This document shows, piece by piece, positions 30,706 through 46,490 of a DNA stretch of 64,000 nucleotides. The stretch lies in the NCBI RefSeq assembly GCF_009914755.1, contig NC_060926.1. One strand, given 5' to 3'. Within the stretch, counting starts at the first letter, position 1, and each line of letters begins with the position of its first letter. The stretch is from the human T2T-CHM13v2.0 reference genome, Homo sapiens. The notes beneath the pieces are model-generated. The model searched no databases and was not told where the DNA came from. It worked only from the letters and a program-made list of their open reading frames with translations. The position numbers and the translations under genes were made by a program.

Positions 30706-31925
30706 TGTCCTAGATATCTGTGGAACTTTGAGCTTGAGAGAGATAAGTCAGCATATCTCATAGAAGCAATTTCTAAGTGGCAAAGTGTTCAAGAGGAGCA
30801 GAGCATAAAAGTTTGGAAAATTTGCAGCCTGAACATGAGGTTGGAAAGAAAACCCCATTTTCTGGGAAGAAATTCAAGCTGGCTGCAGAAATCTGCATAA
30901 GTAATGAGGAGGTGAATGTTAATCACCAAGACAGTGAGCAAAATGTCTCCAGTGTATATCAGAGATGTTCACAGTAGGCTTTCCCATCACAGTCCCAGAG
31001 ACCTAGGAGGGCAAAATGGTTTCATGGGCCAGGTTGCCCTGCTCTGTGCCTCCTTGGGACACGGTGCCCTGCATCCCAGCTTCTTAAGCCCCAGCTGTGG
31101 CTAAAAGAGGCCAATGCACATCTCAGGCCATGGCTCTAGAGGGTGCAAGCCCCATGCCTTGGGAAGCTTCCATGTGGTGTTGAGCCTGTGAGTGCACAGA
31201 AGTCAAGAATTGAGGTTTGGGAACTTCTGTCTAGATATCCAAGGATGTATGGAAATGCCTGGAAGCCCAGGCAGATATTTTCTGTAGGGGCAGAGCTTCA
31301 TGGATAACCTCTGCTAGGGCAGTGCAGAAGGAAAATGTGGGGTTGGAGCCCCCACACAGAGCCCTCAATGGGACCCTGCCTAGTGGAGCTGTGAGAAGGA
31401 GGCCACCATGCTCCAGAACCCAGAATGGTAGATCCACTGATAGCTTGTACCATGTGCCTGGAAAAGTTACTGACACTAAATGCCAGCCTGTGAAAGCAGC
31501 TTGGAGGGGGACTGTACCCTGCAAAGCCACAAGGGTGGAGCTGTCCAAGGCTGTGGGAGCGACCTCTTTCTTGCATCAGCATGACCTGGATGTGAGACAT
31601 GGAGTCAAAGGAGATCATTTTGAAACTTTAAGGTTTAATGACTCCCATATTAAATTTCGAATTTGGATGGATCCTCTAGCTCCTTTGTTTTGGCCAATTT
31701 CTCCCATTTGGAATGGGTGTATTTACCCAATGCCTGTACCCCCGTTGTATCTAGGAAGTAACTGACTTGCTTTTGATGTTACAGGCTCATAGGCAGAGGA
31801 GAATTGTCTTGTCTCAGATAAGACTTTGGACCAGGATATTTGAGTTAATACTGGAATGAGTTAAGATTTTGGGTGACTATTGGGAAGGCATGATTGTGTT
31901 CTGAAATGTAAGGACAGAAGAGACT
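30706..31925 (+). mobile_element. MaLR internal region (THE1/MSTA-int), 5' part missing
   Basis: tgtggaactttgagcttgagagagat; gcagagcataaaagtttggaaaatttgcagcctg; catggagtcaaaggagatcatttt. ORF 31322 is the typical MaLR-int remnant. Confidence 0.92.
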
Positions 31926-31929
31926 AGGC

Positions 31930-32608
<679 letters not shown>

Positions 32609-32612
<4 letters not shown>

Positions 32613-32915
32613 TTGTGGGAGGTACCTCATGAGAGGTGATTAGATCATGGGAGTGGTTCCCCCATGCTGTTCTCATGATAGAGAGTGAATTCTCTTGAGA
32701 TCTAATGGTTTTATAAGAAATATCCCCCGCTTCACTCTGCACTTCTCCTTCCTGTTGCCTGTGACATAGGTGCCTTCATCCCCTTTGCTTTCATGATTGT
32801 AAGTTCCCCGAGGCCTTCCCAGCCATGTGGAACCGTGAGCCAATTAAACCTCTTTTCTTTATAAATTACCCATTCTTGGGTATTTCTTTATAGCAGCATG
32901 AGAATGGACTAATAC
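32609..32915 (+). mobile_element. Second THE1/MSTA-type LTR lacking its first ~50 bp, fused to the first LTR
   Basis: gtgttgtgggaggtacc...gaggtgattagatcatggg...gcagcatgagaatggactaataca. Confidence 0.9.
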
Positions 32916-33799
32916 ACAACCCCATTAAAAAGTGGGTAAAAGACATAAACATGAACAGATACCTCTCAAAAAGAGACATACAAGTAGCCAACAATCATAT
33001 GAAAAAATGCTCAACATCACTGATCATTAGAGAAATGCCAATTAGAACCACAATGAGATACCATCTCACACCAGCTAGAATGGCTATTATTAAAAAGTCA
33101 ATAAATAATAATTGCTAGTGAGGCTGTGGCATAAAAGAAATACTTTTAGACTGCTGGTGGGAGTGTAAATTAGTTCAATCATTGTGGAAGAAGACAGTAT
33201 GGCAATTCCTCAGTCACCTAAAGTCAGAAATATCATTCAACCCAGCAATCCCTCTAGTAGGAATATACCCAAAAGAACATAAACCATTCTATTATAAAGA
33301 CACATGCATGCGTATATTTATTGCAGCACTATTCATTATAGCAAAGATATGGAATCAATCCAAATGACCATCAATGATAGAATGGATAAAGACAATGTGG
33401 TCATGTATACCATGGAATACTATGCAGCCATAAAAATAGAATGAGATCATGTTCTTTGCAGAGGCATGGATGGAGCAGGAAGCCATTATTCTTAGCAAAC
33501 TAATGCAGAGACAGGATACCACATGTTCTCACCTATAAGTCAGAGCTAAATGATGAGAACACATGGACACATAGAGGAAAACAACACACACTGGGGCCTA
33601 TTTGAGGGTGGAGGTTAGAAGGAGGGAGAGGATATGGAAAAATAACAAATGAATACTGGGATTAATACTTGGGTGATGAAATAACCTGTACAACAAACCC
33701 TCATGACACACAATTACCTGTGTAACAAACCCGCACATCCTGCACATGTACCCCTGAACCCCTGAACTTAAAATAAAAGTTTAAAAAGTAAAAAAAAAA
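32916..33799 (+). mobile_element. LINE-1 3' portion (L1PA13-like)
   Basis: caaccccattaaaaagtggg...gagataccatctcacacc...cacatgtacccctgaac...ttaaaataaaag followed by an A-tail. Confidence 0.92.
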
Positions 33800-33807
33800 T
33801 GTTGATA

Positions 33808-34062
33808 TAAAGATGCTGGTATCTGGCAAGGGCCTTCTTACTGCATTATAGCATGATGGGAGGCATCACATTGTAGAAGAGCAGAAGGGTAAAGAAAGAG
33901 GGCGAAAGAGAACCAGCTCTTTTATAATGCCACCAATCCCTCCCATGAAGGTAAAGCTCCCATGGCCTAATCACCTCTTAAAAGTTGTACCTCTTAATAT
34001 TATTACACTGGCAACCAGATTTTACATGAAGTTTGTAGGAGATGAACATTCAAACTGTAACA
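33808..34062 (-). mobile_element. Partial MST-type MaLR LTR
   Basis: catggcctaatcacctcttaaaag...aacattcaaactgtaaca terminus. Confidence 0.85.
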
Positions 34063-34699
34063 CCTTTTAATTAACCTCTCCATTTGCACTGCCTGCACAA
34101 TTTCTCCTGAACACTGCCTACTGATTCTTCAACCATTATCATGTATCTTTGAAAAATATATTAATGGATACACATCATAACAATATAAAGTTAAAATTAT
34201 TTTTAAGCATTCACATTCTCCATACTTTCTACTACTCCGTACACATCTACTACTTGTCAGTCATGTTCACCATTTATCCATAATAATAATCTTCTCTACC
34301 AGGTTTCTTTGAAAAGCTCACTATCTTATTTATGACTAAGAAATTAATGGCCTTTATTTGAAGCATTTTATTTAGTAAAGTGTTTCCTGGTATTCCCACA
34401 TTTTTATGACAGTTAATATCAGATCTATCTCTATGAAAATGTCCATGCTTATCTATATTTATTTTATTTATTTTTAACCACCAAATTTTCCATCTATGTT
34501 GAAAAACCTTCAAAAATAAGAATACTGCATATTGCCCTATATTCTCTAGAAAAGAGTACATGTATATTAGAGAACCTCAAACACATTGCTTGTCTAATAA
34601 ATTATTCAGAATTATTTAACTTAGAATTTGCATACTACATGCACACTTTTATAGTAATTTTTATATAACTATTAAAAGAGTGCAAAATGGAGAACAGAG

Positions 34700-34820
34700 A
34701 TAAGCTTTGAAGCTAGATAAACCTGGATACAAATAACACTATTACCAACTATACTTATGTTGGAATAATTATTGACATCCTGGTTCTTCTTTTTCTTCAT
34801 CTTAAAATGGAGATAATAAT
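34700..34820 (+). mobile_element. MIR fragment
   Basis: ctttgaagctagataaacctgga...tttcttcatcttaaaatggagataata. Confidence 0.6.
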
Positions 34821-34821
34821 A

Positions 34822-35035
34822 CAGGTTGAGCATCCTAAATCTGAAAATCCAAAATGTTCCAAAATTCAAAACTGCTTGAGTGCCAGCATGATGCACAAAG
34901 GGAATGCTCATTGGAGCATTTCATGTTTTATGTTTTTGGATTTGGCATGCTCAACAGGGGCAAATACTCCAAATATAATGCAATTATTCCAAAATTTGAA
35001 AAAAAGTTCTAAATCCAAAATATATCTGTTCCCAA
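34822..35035. mobile_element. Tigger4b/MER46-type DNA transposon, inserted at a TA in the MIR
   Basis: ta|caggttgagcatcctaaatctgaaaatccaaaatgttccaaaa; atgctcattggagcattt. Confidence 0.85.
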
Positions 35036-35914
35036 CCTATATCAACTTTTCCAAGACATTCTGAAGATAAAATTAAGCAGAAAAATTAGATCACCCGTAA
35101 GAGTTTCTGAGTGCTCCCTTAAATGGTAAAACAAAAATACGTTGTTACTATATTGAGATATATTTACAACATAGAAATGACAAGCTTTTAATATAACAAT
35201 ATCAAATTTTACTTTAAAGAATACATTGCTAAAATTTTACATTTATAGAAAAATAAACTAATATGAAAAAACTCATGACATTACTATATTTATTTAACTT
35301 GGTGGCTTTCAGTTTTGCAACAGATGAGACCTTATTATTTAGATAAACTGAAATTCTAATTGCTCTGTAGCATTTGGAAAGCTCCTCTAAAATGAAGATT
35401 AACCCAGGATGACTAAAACTACCCTTGTATAGAATTTGTTTCAATCAATTTTATATTTACTATATGTATGTAGCTTTTCAGCTATTGCACACATGCGCAA
35501 AAAGCAATAACTTGCATTAACAGTATCTACAGCATGTACATCTTTATTCAATTACATCTCACCTCAAGCAATTTTTTTCCTACCCTGCATCGATTTGGTT
35601 GTTTTTAACCTTTCATCACTTCTTCCTTTCACTCCTCTCTAATTCCAAAAGGTACATCATGATATCTTTACTCATTGTTTTGTAACAAATTCTCTTACAA
35701 CCAAGGTGAATAGATGTTTGAGTTTATAAGAGAAAAATCCAGCATTAAACCAGGATACCACAGCAACAATCCTTTACAGATACCCAAAGCATTCATGGTA
35801 AAATTTTAGATTCTTTATATTACTTGAAGATACTTTAATGCTGATGTGAATAAATTTTAAGTCACATTTTTCTGTTCCAAGAAGCAGGTTAACAGACAAA
35901 ATTTTAAAAAATAA

Positions 35915-36060
35915 TAATTCACAAATCAGTAGAACTTGATTTGAGTCCTGACTGTCAGTTATTTGTTTTGTGATTTGGAACAGGCTGCTTAATTGGTTTA
36001 CCCTAAGATTGAGCATCTATAAAAATATGCTAATTGCAGTAGCCTTATGAGGAATTAAAA
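35915..36060 (+). mobile_element. MIR fragment
   Basis: ttgagtcctgactgt...tgtgatttggaacaggctgcttaa...catctataaaa. Confidence 0.55.
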
Positions 36061-38192
36061 AGTTTATATTTGATACCATTTCATTATTTAGAAATAATTC
36101 TCAAAAGCCATAGAATCTGCTGATCAAAGTAACTTTTTTAGAAATCAAAAGTAAAGCACAAATATTAAATTTGCCTGGGAAGATTATATATGAATGATAC
36201 ATATATAACATAAAATATTATTTATAACAACATTTTAATCAATTTGAATGTAATTTTGATATTTTTAATAAAAACTAAGTAAGGTTTACAAAGTGAAGTA
36301 AATCATTGCTTATTGGAAAACACATATTAGTGACAAATATGCCAATTTAAAACTGAGAAAATTTTGTACAATGTGAACAGATTTTGTTGTTATGTATACA
36401 GGATTTTAAATAAGCTTATTCTAAAAAATCTTCAGCATAGAGTTACAGTAATTAATGTGCACTAAACAAGCAATTTACTCTGGCCCATCATCCACATTTG
36501 ACAAATGGTGATGGTTTGCAGTTAGACTAAGTGCAGTTGCTTTAAATTTATCACACATGAGCTTAATGGTTGCTTTATCCTCCTTTATTGGAAATCTATT
36601 GTAGCCTATACATAAGGGATATAAAGTGTGTCCAGGAAATGTTTTCCAATCATAAGCTTTAAGAAACTGTACCCTAAGGATTTAAATATATTACAATGCA
36701 AAGTAAACTGAAGTTTAATCATTCCATGGAATAGGAAACTTCCAGAAACAGTATCTAACAAGACATTAATGCTGAGGTAAAATAACAGACACTGTGGTAA
36801 ATAAATATTTGGTTCTCAATATTCAATTCTAATTGTGTAAAAACAAGTGATACATATATTTATGTAAAACTACCTTCTCAGTTAAGTCATTTTTCACCAA
36901 ACACAAGTTGCAAATAGAACTAGATAAAATGAACAGATACAGATATTTTGCTGATGGTGTATATGTGAAAAAGGTAACGTTGAAGCAATATTAATACAAA
37001 CACCAAGATATATGCAGTGATATAATTTACAAAGCTGTAGTTGAAGTAGAAAGGACAATAATAATGATTTTTTTTGGAATTTTAGGCACTGTAATTATCA
37101 AATAGTTTCCTAAGCATCTAAATACTCAGAGTTATCTTCAATTAATTATGCTAATTACAGTTGGAATTTTCCATACAATTATTTAGACCTTAGATATGTC
37201 TTATCCAAAGATGTTTTCATGTTATTTTTAAGATTCAATCGTGAGTTTCGATTCTTCAAGTAATTGGAAAGATTATAGCTCTATAAATTAAGGATGTAGC
37301 CTATTATATTATTTCTCATCCATGTTATCACATTCTGGCACATTTTAGTGTGTCTTTGGTGTTCCAACAAAGTACAGTGAAATTTGTAGTGAAGAAATCC
37401 ATCGTACTAAAAGCAATGGTAAAAGTGAATTTTATGTACCAGAAAAATGCATTTCAGAAAATAACAAATTCATATCTAGCAAATTGTCAATTTGTGAAGA
37501 GAAATGTTCAAGCAGAAAAGCTATTTCATGCAAGTTAATTTAAACATAAACAAAATTATTGATTATATTGAAGGACTGGCACGTAGAGGCTAATTAAAAA
37601 GCTACTTTGGGATTAGAAGTGTTTTTGGTGATTACACAAATCACAACAAATTTCTGCCTATAAACTTTTTTCCAAATGCTGAATCACCAGAGTGGCAGTT
37701 TTAGATTCCTAACTTTTAAGAGATCATATCAATGTCATAAACGTATTTTGTGCTTTAATGTCTCACCTTTGTCAACCACGTATTTTCAGCAGTCTACGTT
37801 CTGTCTCTCTAGCCCATCTGTACCTCGTACTTTAGAATCAGAATTATAAAATTTTGAGAGTTCCACAAAATTTTGCTTTGTGCCTCCAAGCTTTTATTCA
37901 TTCCAGGTGCTTATTTTTTAGTTTCTTCAGTCTACTGCATCATGGACACAAATTAAAGCCTGATTCAGATATCATTTCTATTACGTGATTCTTTCCCATC
38001 CTCTCTCAAATCATTGAGAACTTAAGTAAATTTGAAGTTGCACACATCTCTGTTACTGCTCCTATGTAATGACACTTTCAAATGAAGACCTGATCTCACA
38101 CTCAAGTGTGAAATCTATAGCATACTACAGAGTATTATTTATCTTTGTGTACCCAGTAATTGACAATTAGAAGGTTCTCATTTAATGTTTTG

Positions 38193-38372
38193 TTATTTTT
38201 AATTGATATATAATTATTGTAAATATTTCTGGCATATACATTATATTTTGATACATGTATGCAATGTGTAGGAATCAACTTAGGGTAATTGGGATGTTAT
38301 CACCTCAAACATTTATGATTTCTAGTGCTGAGAACATTCCAAATCTTTCTTCTAGTTATTTTGAAATATACA
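38193..38372 (-). mobile_element. L1MA 3' tip
   Basis: tttttaattgatatataataattgta...ttttgatacatgtat...tctagttattttgaaatataca. Confidence 0.85.
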
Positions 38373-41300
38373 TTATTGATTAAACTTTTGAAATGAATTA
38401 TTACTTATATTATTCCACCCTTTTCTTCAATGATGTTTTCCATTAATTTGTGGTTATTTTCTATTTCTTTCATTACTTATCATATCTACCTTAATAATAT
38501 GTAATCTTATTCATATAATCACATTTAATAATAAGTTAACACCATAGACAATTAGTGAATTTAGAATAACAGCAGTAAAGATAAATTTTTGAAATACATA
38601 ATTACTGAAAATTCAAAAGGAGTTTTGTTTAAAATATTTCATCCCATGTAAAACATTAATACAGCATTATAAAAGTAGATTCTGTGAATATATATATTTT
38701 AGTGATCAAATAGTCTACTTCCACTACATATCTATCAGCTAATAAATATGTAATTTCAGTAACTTTCAAAATACTTTTTTTTTGTACAGAGTAAGCATTT
38801 ACTTTATGGAAGTGATTTTTAACATTAAAATATATATGTATAAATCTAAAATCAGCTAATCTTCTGTAATAATTACCTTAGGTTACAAATTCATACATCC
38901 ATTTTAGTGGTATTTTGTTATTGGGCATGTATTACTTGTATGATGTCTGCAGGTATTGGCTAAAGATTAATATAATTCTAAATCTATAAAATCAAACAAG
39001 AATAAATCTTAGGCATAGGAAATTTAGGAGGTTGCACTGGGGCATGTATGTATGCTATGCAATGTCTTAATATTGCAGATAGAGTCCCGGCAATTCAGTT
39101 TTATTGCGTTGGAGACTGGAAGAGAATAGATGATAGTAAAACCTGTGTGGAGAATTAGGGCAGAATAAAATCAGGCAGGGAAGAAAAATATGCTGTAGAT
39201 AAATGCTGAAACAAAATATTGATTTATACCCATCAGCATCAACTCTGGGAAATGGCAGAAGCAGACATATCATGCTGTCATATCGTCATCTCAAGTGGGA
39301 TGATTCCTTTGGAGCCCATGAATCATTCAGTCTGTGAGGCAAAGAAGCTGATTCTAAAACAGCAATTGATTATTGAAATTGCAATGGTGGCCATACTGAG
39401 TACAGAATACATGTGTACACTGGGTGGAAGGAACTTCAGGTAACAAATCAGTCACTTCAGACACACACATAAACAGGATAGTTGCACTGGCAGTTCTTGT
39501 CATTGCATCTAGGTAAAAATGATACAAGAATGTATATCTAAAATCCTCAAATGGGGTGATATTCAATTTTTATTCTATTCTCATGATCTCCCTGAAGGTT
39601 GTTTTGTTTATATTTTTATAATCTAATATAAAATATCTAAGTCTTTTATGTATTGGAGGAGCAGAATAGCTTTTTTGGGTAGCTTTTACTAGTAAACTTT
39701 CACAAAAATCAACGGTGTGATGAACAATGTTTTCTGAAAAATAACTGGCTAATTTTTGTTCACAAAGTGGTGTATACAGTTAAAATGACATTGATCTTAT
39801 TCTTATATACATGTTCTCCAAGAGAACAAGTTCTTTAATGCCATTTTAACTGTACATACCACTTTATATTAGCAACTCTGTGAATCCCAGAGGCCATAAT
39901 TGTGTAGTTTAATTATAGTGTTCCTGGAATCAATTTTAAGTTACAAGAGCAATTGTAAATGAGCTGTCAATGAGATCAAATGAATAATAATTGTTTCTCT
40001 AATGCATTTTCAAATTAGTCTCAGATTTAGGACATGGACACAGCAAGTATTTGGAAAAATTTAGGAAGTATACAAAATGTTTATTAGAAAGTGATTATTT
40101 AGACTTAGTATATAGTTACCACTTCATAAATGTAAATACATTAAAATATTTGCAATCACATTTTTGTGGAGTTATCCACAATTAATAAAACTACTTGTTA
40201 AACACTTGGAAGAGTATTTATAATACTTGGCAGAAAGCTTGAAGCAGAAAATTTAACACTGAAATTTTAGCAGTTTTAGCCAATTAAGAAATAAAGATAA
40301 ATGCATCTTTGGAATGATAAGCTTCCACACTAAGATTTGATTCAATTTACAAAAATTTATTCATATCTGCACTTTCTTCAGTGTATTCCATGCCAAGAGT
40401 GCCCCTGTGTTTCATATCAAGCAAGGGAGAAAAGGTACCTTCAACATTTAGTAAAAGTGTATTTAACATAGATGTATCAAATGGAGTGAAATTCAAGGTA
40501 TTTGATGGCTGCAGTACTGGATTCGGACAAGAACAAAAAAAATAGTTAATACTTTACAGAAGCTTACTATCTAGTAGTATCAGTAAAGTATTCTTCCTAC
40601 ATTACAATAATATAAAAATAGAGATATTATAACCAAACGAATTTTAAAAGATTTATAAAATCAAAGTATAGAAAAAAATACTCTGTTTGGAAGAACTTAC
40701 AGAAATTTGATAAAGAAGCAAGGGGAAATTTAATTATTTGTATAAAAATGGCATTTTAAGCTTCAAAACAGTTTGAATCCAGGGAAGAGACATACTTCTG
40801 GGGAAATAAGGTATAGTTGAAGCTGAAAGTCGTGGGAAAGAAATTTAATGAAAACTTTTGAAATATTTGATGCTGTATTTTTGATCATTGGTAATCAAAA
40901 ACTATTGATTTTTCTGAGCATTGAAACTTAATACTAATACTGGGCTTTGAAAGAGTTTATCTGAAAGCAATATAATCTGAAGATGGAAAATGTGTAAACA
41001 GCATGTTCGATCAGAATTTTGTTACAAATATCTGGATGATAAAGTAAATAGAAAGTGACAGGCCTGAATAGGTACTAGTAAATTATATAACTTGTTAATG
41101 AAAGGACTGAGGGAGGAGTATTCAAGGATGACTTGATATATCACAATGAATAGTAAATGATTTAGGAGGAAGAGGATAGAATACAAGAATGAATGTAAAA
41201 ATATATCTTGGTCTTTTAAAAGGTTTGAAAAGTGGATCAGAGCTCAGGAAGCATATAGATTTGTGTTTATCTACATAGAATAAAGAAAGAGGTAGATTTA

Positions 41301-41399
41301 ATATTGGCGTTTATGAAGTCAAAATGGGTGCCTGGGAAGGAAGAATAACTTCAGAAGTTTTGCCACCATTATTCAGTATTCTTGAAATATTTGTATTCT

Positions 41400-41900
41400 C
41401 ATGGCTTGCAGCAACACATTACCTCCAGGAATCTTTTCCACCACTCTGGAAGCTCCCCTCCTCCTTGTATGGAATTACCAGATAGACACTGCCCAAGGAT
41501 TTTCTTTGTCTGATAAAAGGATGCTATCTGGAAAATGCCTAGAAGATAAGCCCTCCACCCCCACCTTCCAATCTGTAAGTTTTTAAAACTCTGGTTTTGA
41601 AAACAACTCTGGCAATAGCTGGGCCTCTTCCTTGGCTTCCTTCCTGCCACCCAGTTCACCCTTAGCTCTATCACAACAGACTGGCTTGGTTCCAATTTAT
41701 CACAGATGGCCAGGTCCTGACCGCCTGCCATAGTGTCTCTTCTGTTGCCTCTCCTGTCCTAGGAGTGGTAGAGGTCCTATTGTTGCTGGTTTCTAGGTCA
41801 TCACAAAGACTGCTGTTTGGCTCTCTCTTCAGCTGTATGACCAGTTTTTTTTTTTAATTAAATACCTTCTATTAAGAATAAGTTGTGGGGTTTCTTAAAA
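41400..41900 (+). mobile_element. Possible ancient LTR (family not identified)
   Basis: About 500 bp of higher-GC sequence ending in an attaaa signal and a gtggggtttc-type terminus. No confident consensus match. Confidence 0.35.
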
Positions 41901-43653
41901 GTCTCCAAAATGAATAAAACTATTTTCATCAAGGGCTATGCCACCTGTTATGAGAAATATCATGTAATCCTTACAGAGAACTGATATAAATGTGATAGAC
42001 TATTTAGAATTGAAGGAGCTTGAACATTAGGCATAAAACCTACTTATTTTACAAATGATGAAGCTATAGTAATGAAAGCCCTACTGCAAATATAGGACAA
42101 TTCTTTGCCATCTGTCAGAGAGGAAATTTTTTCTTCAATTGAAGTGTATGACTGAGCAGAAGAATCCAAGAACTTAGGAGGCCGTTCCTCAAAAGGCAGC
42201 TTTATTTCTTTGAGTGAGGATGAAAGGGGGCTAATATTGTCAAAAGAAGTTGTTATTTAGAAATAGTTTCATTTTTATATAATATGTTAGGAAAAATTAA
42301 GATTTCAAGTTTAATGTTTTATTATGTAATTAAATAAAAAAAGGGAAAAAGGGGTGGCTTAAGTTGCTGCAGTTTAAAATATACTATAGAAATTTATAAT
42401 AATAGCTATACAAAGTTTCAATATCTGGAGATTTTATAAGATCTCATTAAATTGATATTACAAAATGACGGCTGGAAGTAAAGACTAGCAGATGCTATTA
42501 CAGTCATTTTTCGCTCACGTAATTACATCCTATATAGAGTGGGCAGTTTATTCAGAGGGAGTGTATTGACTCTATAACCAAAAGTTCCATTGGAACCATT
42601 ATAGGAAGTTGTAATTTAGTATTCAGAGGTTTTTTAATAGTGATTATTGACCCATGAAAATGTAGTCATTATAAAATACAAAGATTACTTTATTATTATA
42701 GTTCTAGTTTTTAAACAGGGAAAAATAATAGACAGGGAATCAGAAGGTGTGTTATTGACTATAGCACTAAAAATTCGCAGAGATAGCAGCATGGACAAGG
42801 CATTTAATTTCTCTATCACCATTTTATCTAAGAATTGAGGCTAAGAAATATTCTGATAACATCATAGAGTTGATACAAATATAAATAAAAAGCATCTCTC
42901 TGTATTATGTACATATTCATACAGAAGCTATATATAGTTGCATATTTAACATCTATATTACATAATAATGTAGATATAAATATTCTGAAGATTATCAGTG
43001 TCATTATTTTTTTAAGTTTCAAGGATATTTAATGAATAGATTTGATAACCATAAAGTTGAAATAAAAACCTTATTTAGCTAGTATTATAACTTCCCACAC
43101 TTTACTTGAAGCTACTCTATGGAAGAACTTTGCTTGCCTTATTTTTATTTTTTATTAATGTTTGTAAACAAATAAACATAAAAATACAGACAATCTAAAA
43201 GATGAATGGCCATCAAAATAGATGAATTATTTTCAAAATAATAAATCAGCACTAGCTTTATGAACACTTGACTGGATTTTACGCATATACTCATTGGTTT
43301 CATCCAAAACTGTTTTGTATAATTTGAGGAGTAAAAGCATGTTAGGATATTATCTCAGAGTTACAAGTGATTTAGTATTTGGTTTCTCTTTCTCGAATGT
43401 GATATATAAAGTTTTATCAACTTTTATCACAGTGAGGTATCCGAACCCTTATATTTAACACTGGTTAGACAGCTATTATTATCCATTTTATAATAGTTTG
43501 CTACCAACGCCTTAAAGATCACATATTCTGCTTACCCTCATTGTACATTACTCATTGATTTAAATAACATAAAATTAAATAAAATATAATAAAACATTAT
43601 GATACATCCAATTCCTTTTCATATTTGAGCTAAAGTTTAACTAGGAATTTCAA

Positions 43654-43803
43654 GGAAATTGTGCAATGAACATAGGGAAAATCGTTTTTAATTTTTATCC
43701 AATGAAACTATAGTGTAGAAATTTAATAGATATTCAGAAAAGATCAGTTCATGGTATGTTGCCACATTATATGATCTAATAGTATGGCTTCATGAAAATA
43801 TAG
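43654..43803 (+). repeat. Dispersed ~150-bp direct repeat, copy 1
   Basis: Aligns to 45780-45930 with about 12 differences. Confidence 0.95.
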
Positions 43804-43937
43804 ATGAATAAGGGTCTAATGTGATGACCAATAGAAAAGCAAAAAATTAGAACATATCTATCACTTGCGTGTTCTAGTTGTAAGAGTGCACAATGTTCCT
43901 TTTACTATTTCTAGGTTCACTACTTGACAACTTTTTT

Positions 43938-44066
43938 TGGAAGAAGGGAAAGAAAGAAAGGAGGGAGGAAGAAAGAGAATAAGGAACAAAAGGAGAAAAG
44001 GAGGAAGGGAGAAAAGGAAAAAGGAAGGGAGAAAGGAAGGAAGAGGGAAAGAAGGAAGGAGAAAGA
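43938..44066. repeat. GA-rich low-complexity tract
   Basis: Direct reading. Confidence 0.85.
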
Positions 44067-45358
44067 TATAAATGCAGATGTAAAGAAAACTAAAATGCTT
44101 AGAAGATATTAACAAATATTGTTGCAGCTTCTGATATTTAAACTCTCTTAGCCAAATATAATGTAGATAAATTAGAAATATATAAATATTTCCTCAAACA
44201 CTTCAAAAGAAATTATTATCCTGATATGCTTACTTGGATCAATCTTAACTCTTCAGATGTGGAAGTGAATCTGTGCCTTACCGTCAACTATATACAACTG
44301 GAACACTAATTTATTAACTAGCAATAACAAATGTAAGTTTCCTGAGGACCTGGAAAGCCCTACTTGCATGAAGAACATAGCTGTGAGTGCCATATGTCTG
44401 TGGAAACAGGACATGTTGAATGACCATAAAATTAGCACAAAATGAATAACTGATGTAACTTAACTTTTTCATGGTGTCAAGCTTTAAACCTGTATTTCCA
44501 CAATAGTATGTATAATACTCAGGGCAATATTATTTAATTTGGTTCTACATCCAAATGAAACAATGAATCTGGTAAATTTAAAAACTGCGGTATCAAATAC
44601 AATTTCAGTTTACTTAAGTGACTAGATTACATCTGTGAGAACATAAACATTAAAATATTTTAGTAAAAAAAAACGTAAAAAATCATCATTGGTTCAGCTA
44701 GGTAATTGGAAACATATATATTATTTTTCTTCTTCAATGGACACTAGCATTCCCCAGAAGAAAGGAAAGTTTATGTTTACAAGCTGATAATGAGATTAAA
44801 TGACTAACCTGATTGATTTTAGAATGCTGATACAGATTTAGAAGTCACTAACATATAACCTGAAAGTAATTTATGTACTTACAAACTAATAGGTGATCTC
44901 ACAAATTTAGCATAGCAAACCCAAACAAAGCTTTATGTTTTAATATGTTATTCTTTCAGAACTTTGGACATTAACTGCTTGCCAAATTTGAGAGCAGAGA
45001 TGAAATTTAAACTGGCTGTGATTTTCCTTTTATAAACTTGAAATTATATTATTAAACACCTATATTATGTGTTTAAAGAAAACATTTCATTTATTTACTT
45101 TGGTGAAAACTACTGATAGTCCTGAAGGCCTAAGAATTACATTTTATTTAAAATTATTCAATTTCTTGGGCATACCTAACAGTTTGAAAATGCAATAAAG
45201 ACTTTTTGGTCATAACTTCAGGTATTATAACAGTGAATCTAAAAAGCTACACAATATACCTTTTATAGTTTGCATTTTGTTTTAATTATTTTAAGTAAAC
45301 AGACTATTAAATAATGTTGGCAATTTAGAAAATCTGTCTCCTGACAAAACAACAACTA

Positions 45359-45681
<323 letters not shown>

Positions 45682-45779
45682 ACGAATATATTTTATTGAT
45701 TTGAATATATATATATGTATATTCGTATAGTATATAATATGTGTGTGTGTGTGTGTGTGTGTATATACATATGTATCAT

Positions 45780-45930
45780 GGAAATTGTGCAATGAACATA
45801 GAGAAAATGTTTTTGATTTTTATCCAATGAAACTATGGTGTAGAAATTTAATAGATATTCAGAAAAAGGTTAGTTCATGGTTACGTTCCCACATTATATG
45901 ATCTAATAGTATGGCTTCATGCAAATACAG
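45780..45930 (+). repeat. Dispersed ~150-bp direct repeat, copy 2, adjacent to a (TA)/(TG)n tract
   Basis: Aligns to 43654-43803. Confidence 0.95.
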
Positions 45931-46002
45931 GTTAGCAAGTAAATATATTTATATTTTTGTTTACTAAGTCAAGTTTATTAATTCATTATTTCTTCTTTAC
46001 TT

Positions 46003-46290
46003 GATTCATTCCCTTAGCAAAAACATTAAGGTCTTAAGGGTTTATTCAGGCTTCACATCGTTCTTGGTAATAGAAATAAAAAAAAAAAACATGTAATGTT
46101 GATCCCCTGTCCTTGTGGACAGCAAGTTTTCTTGCCAGGGAGCAGGCAATAGGTAATGATACTTTGAAGAAAAGTAAAGTAGGGTAGAGAGAAAGAGATT
46201 GTAGGGGTACTGTTTAGAGTGTTTAGATGTTGAAAGTTGAACAGATGAAGATGTGAGGACTTATCAAAATGAATCACGGCAGACAATTTT
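46003..46290 (-). mobile_element. L2 3' fragment
   Basis: attcattc...atcccctgtccttgtggac...ctttgaagaaaagtaaagtagggta. Confidence 0.55.
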
Positions 46291-46490
46291 TATAATCGAC
46301 CATAGAGGTAGTAAACAGATAACTTCAACAACCGTGATACAAGTGTATCAAGTTATCCAGAAAGTTTTTGATTAAAGAAGTGATACCTGTGTTTGCACTC
46401 ATTTTTAACATCTAATTTAACTATAAATATGGAAGAAGACTGTTTCAAATATCAGTTTCACAGAGTAAAACTGTTTGTTTATAAAATCTG

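Noticed and set aside
30445-30900. 151-aa ORF
   Set aside because: Chance read-through from the inverted L1 ORF2 piece across a CT tract into MaLR-int.
31322-31765. 147-aa ORF
   Set aside because: Ordinary remnant of the MaLR internal ORF with stops nearby. No evidence of domestication.
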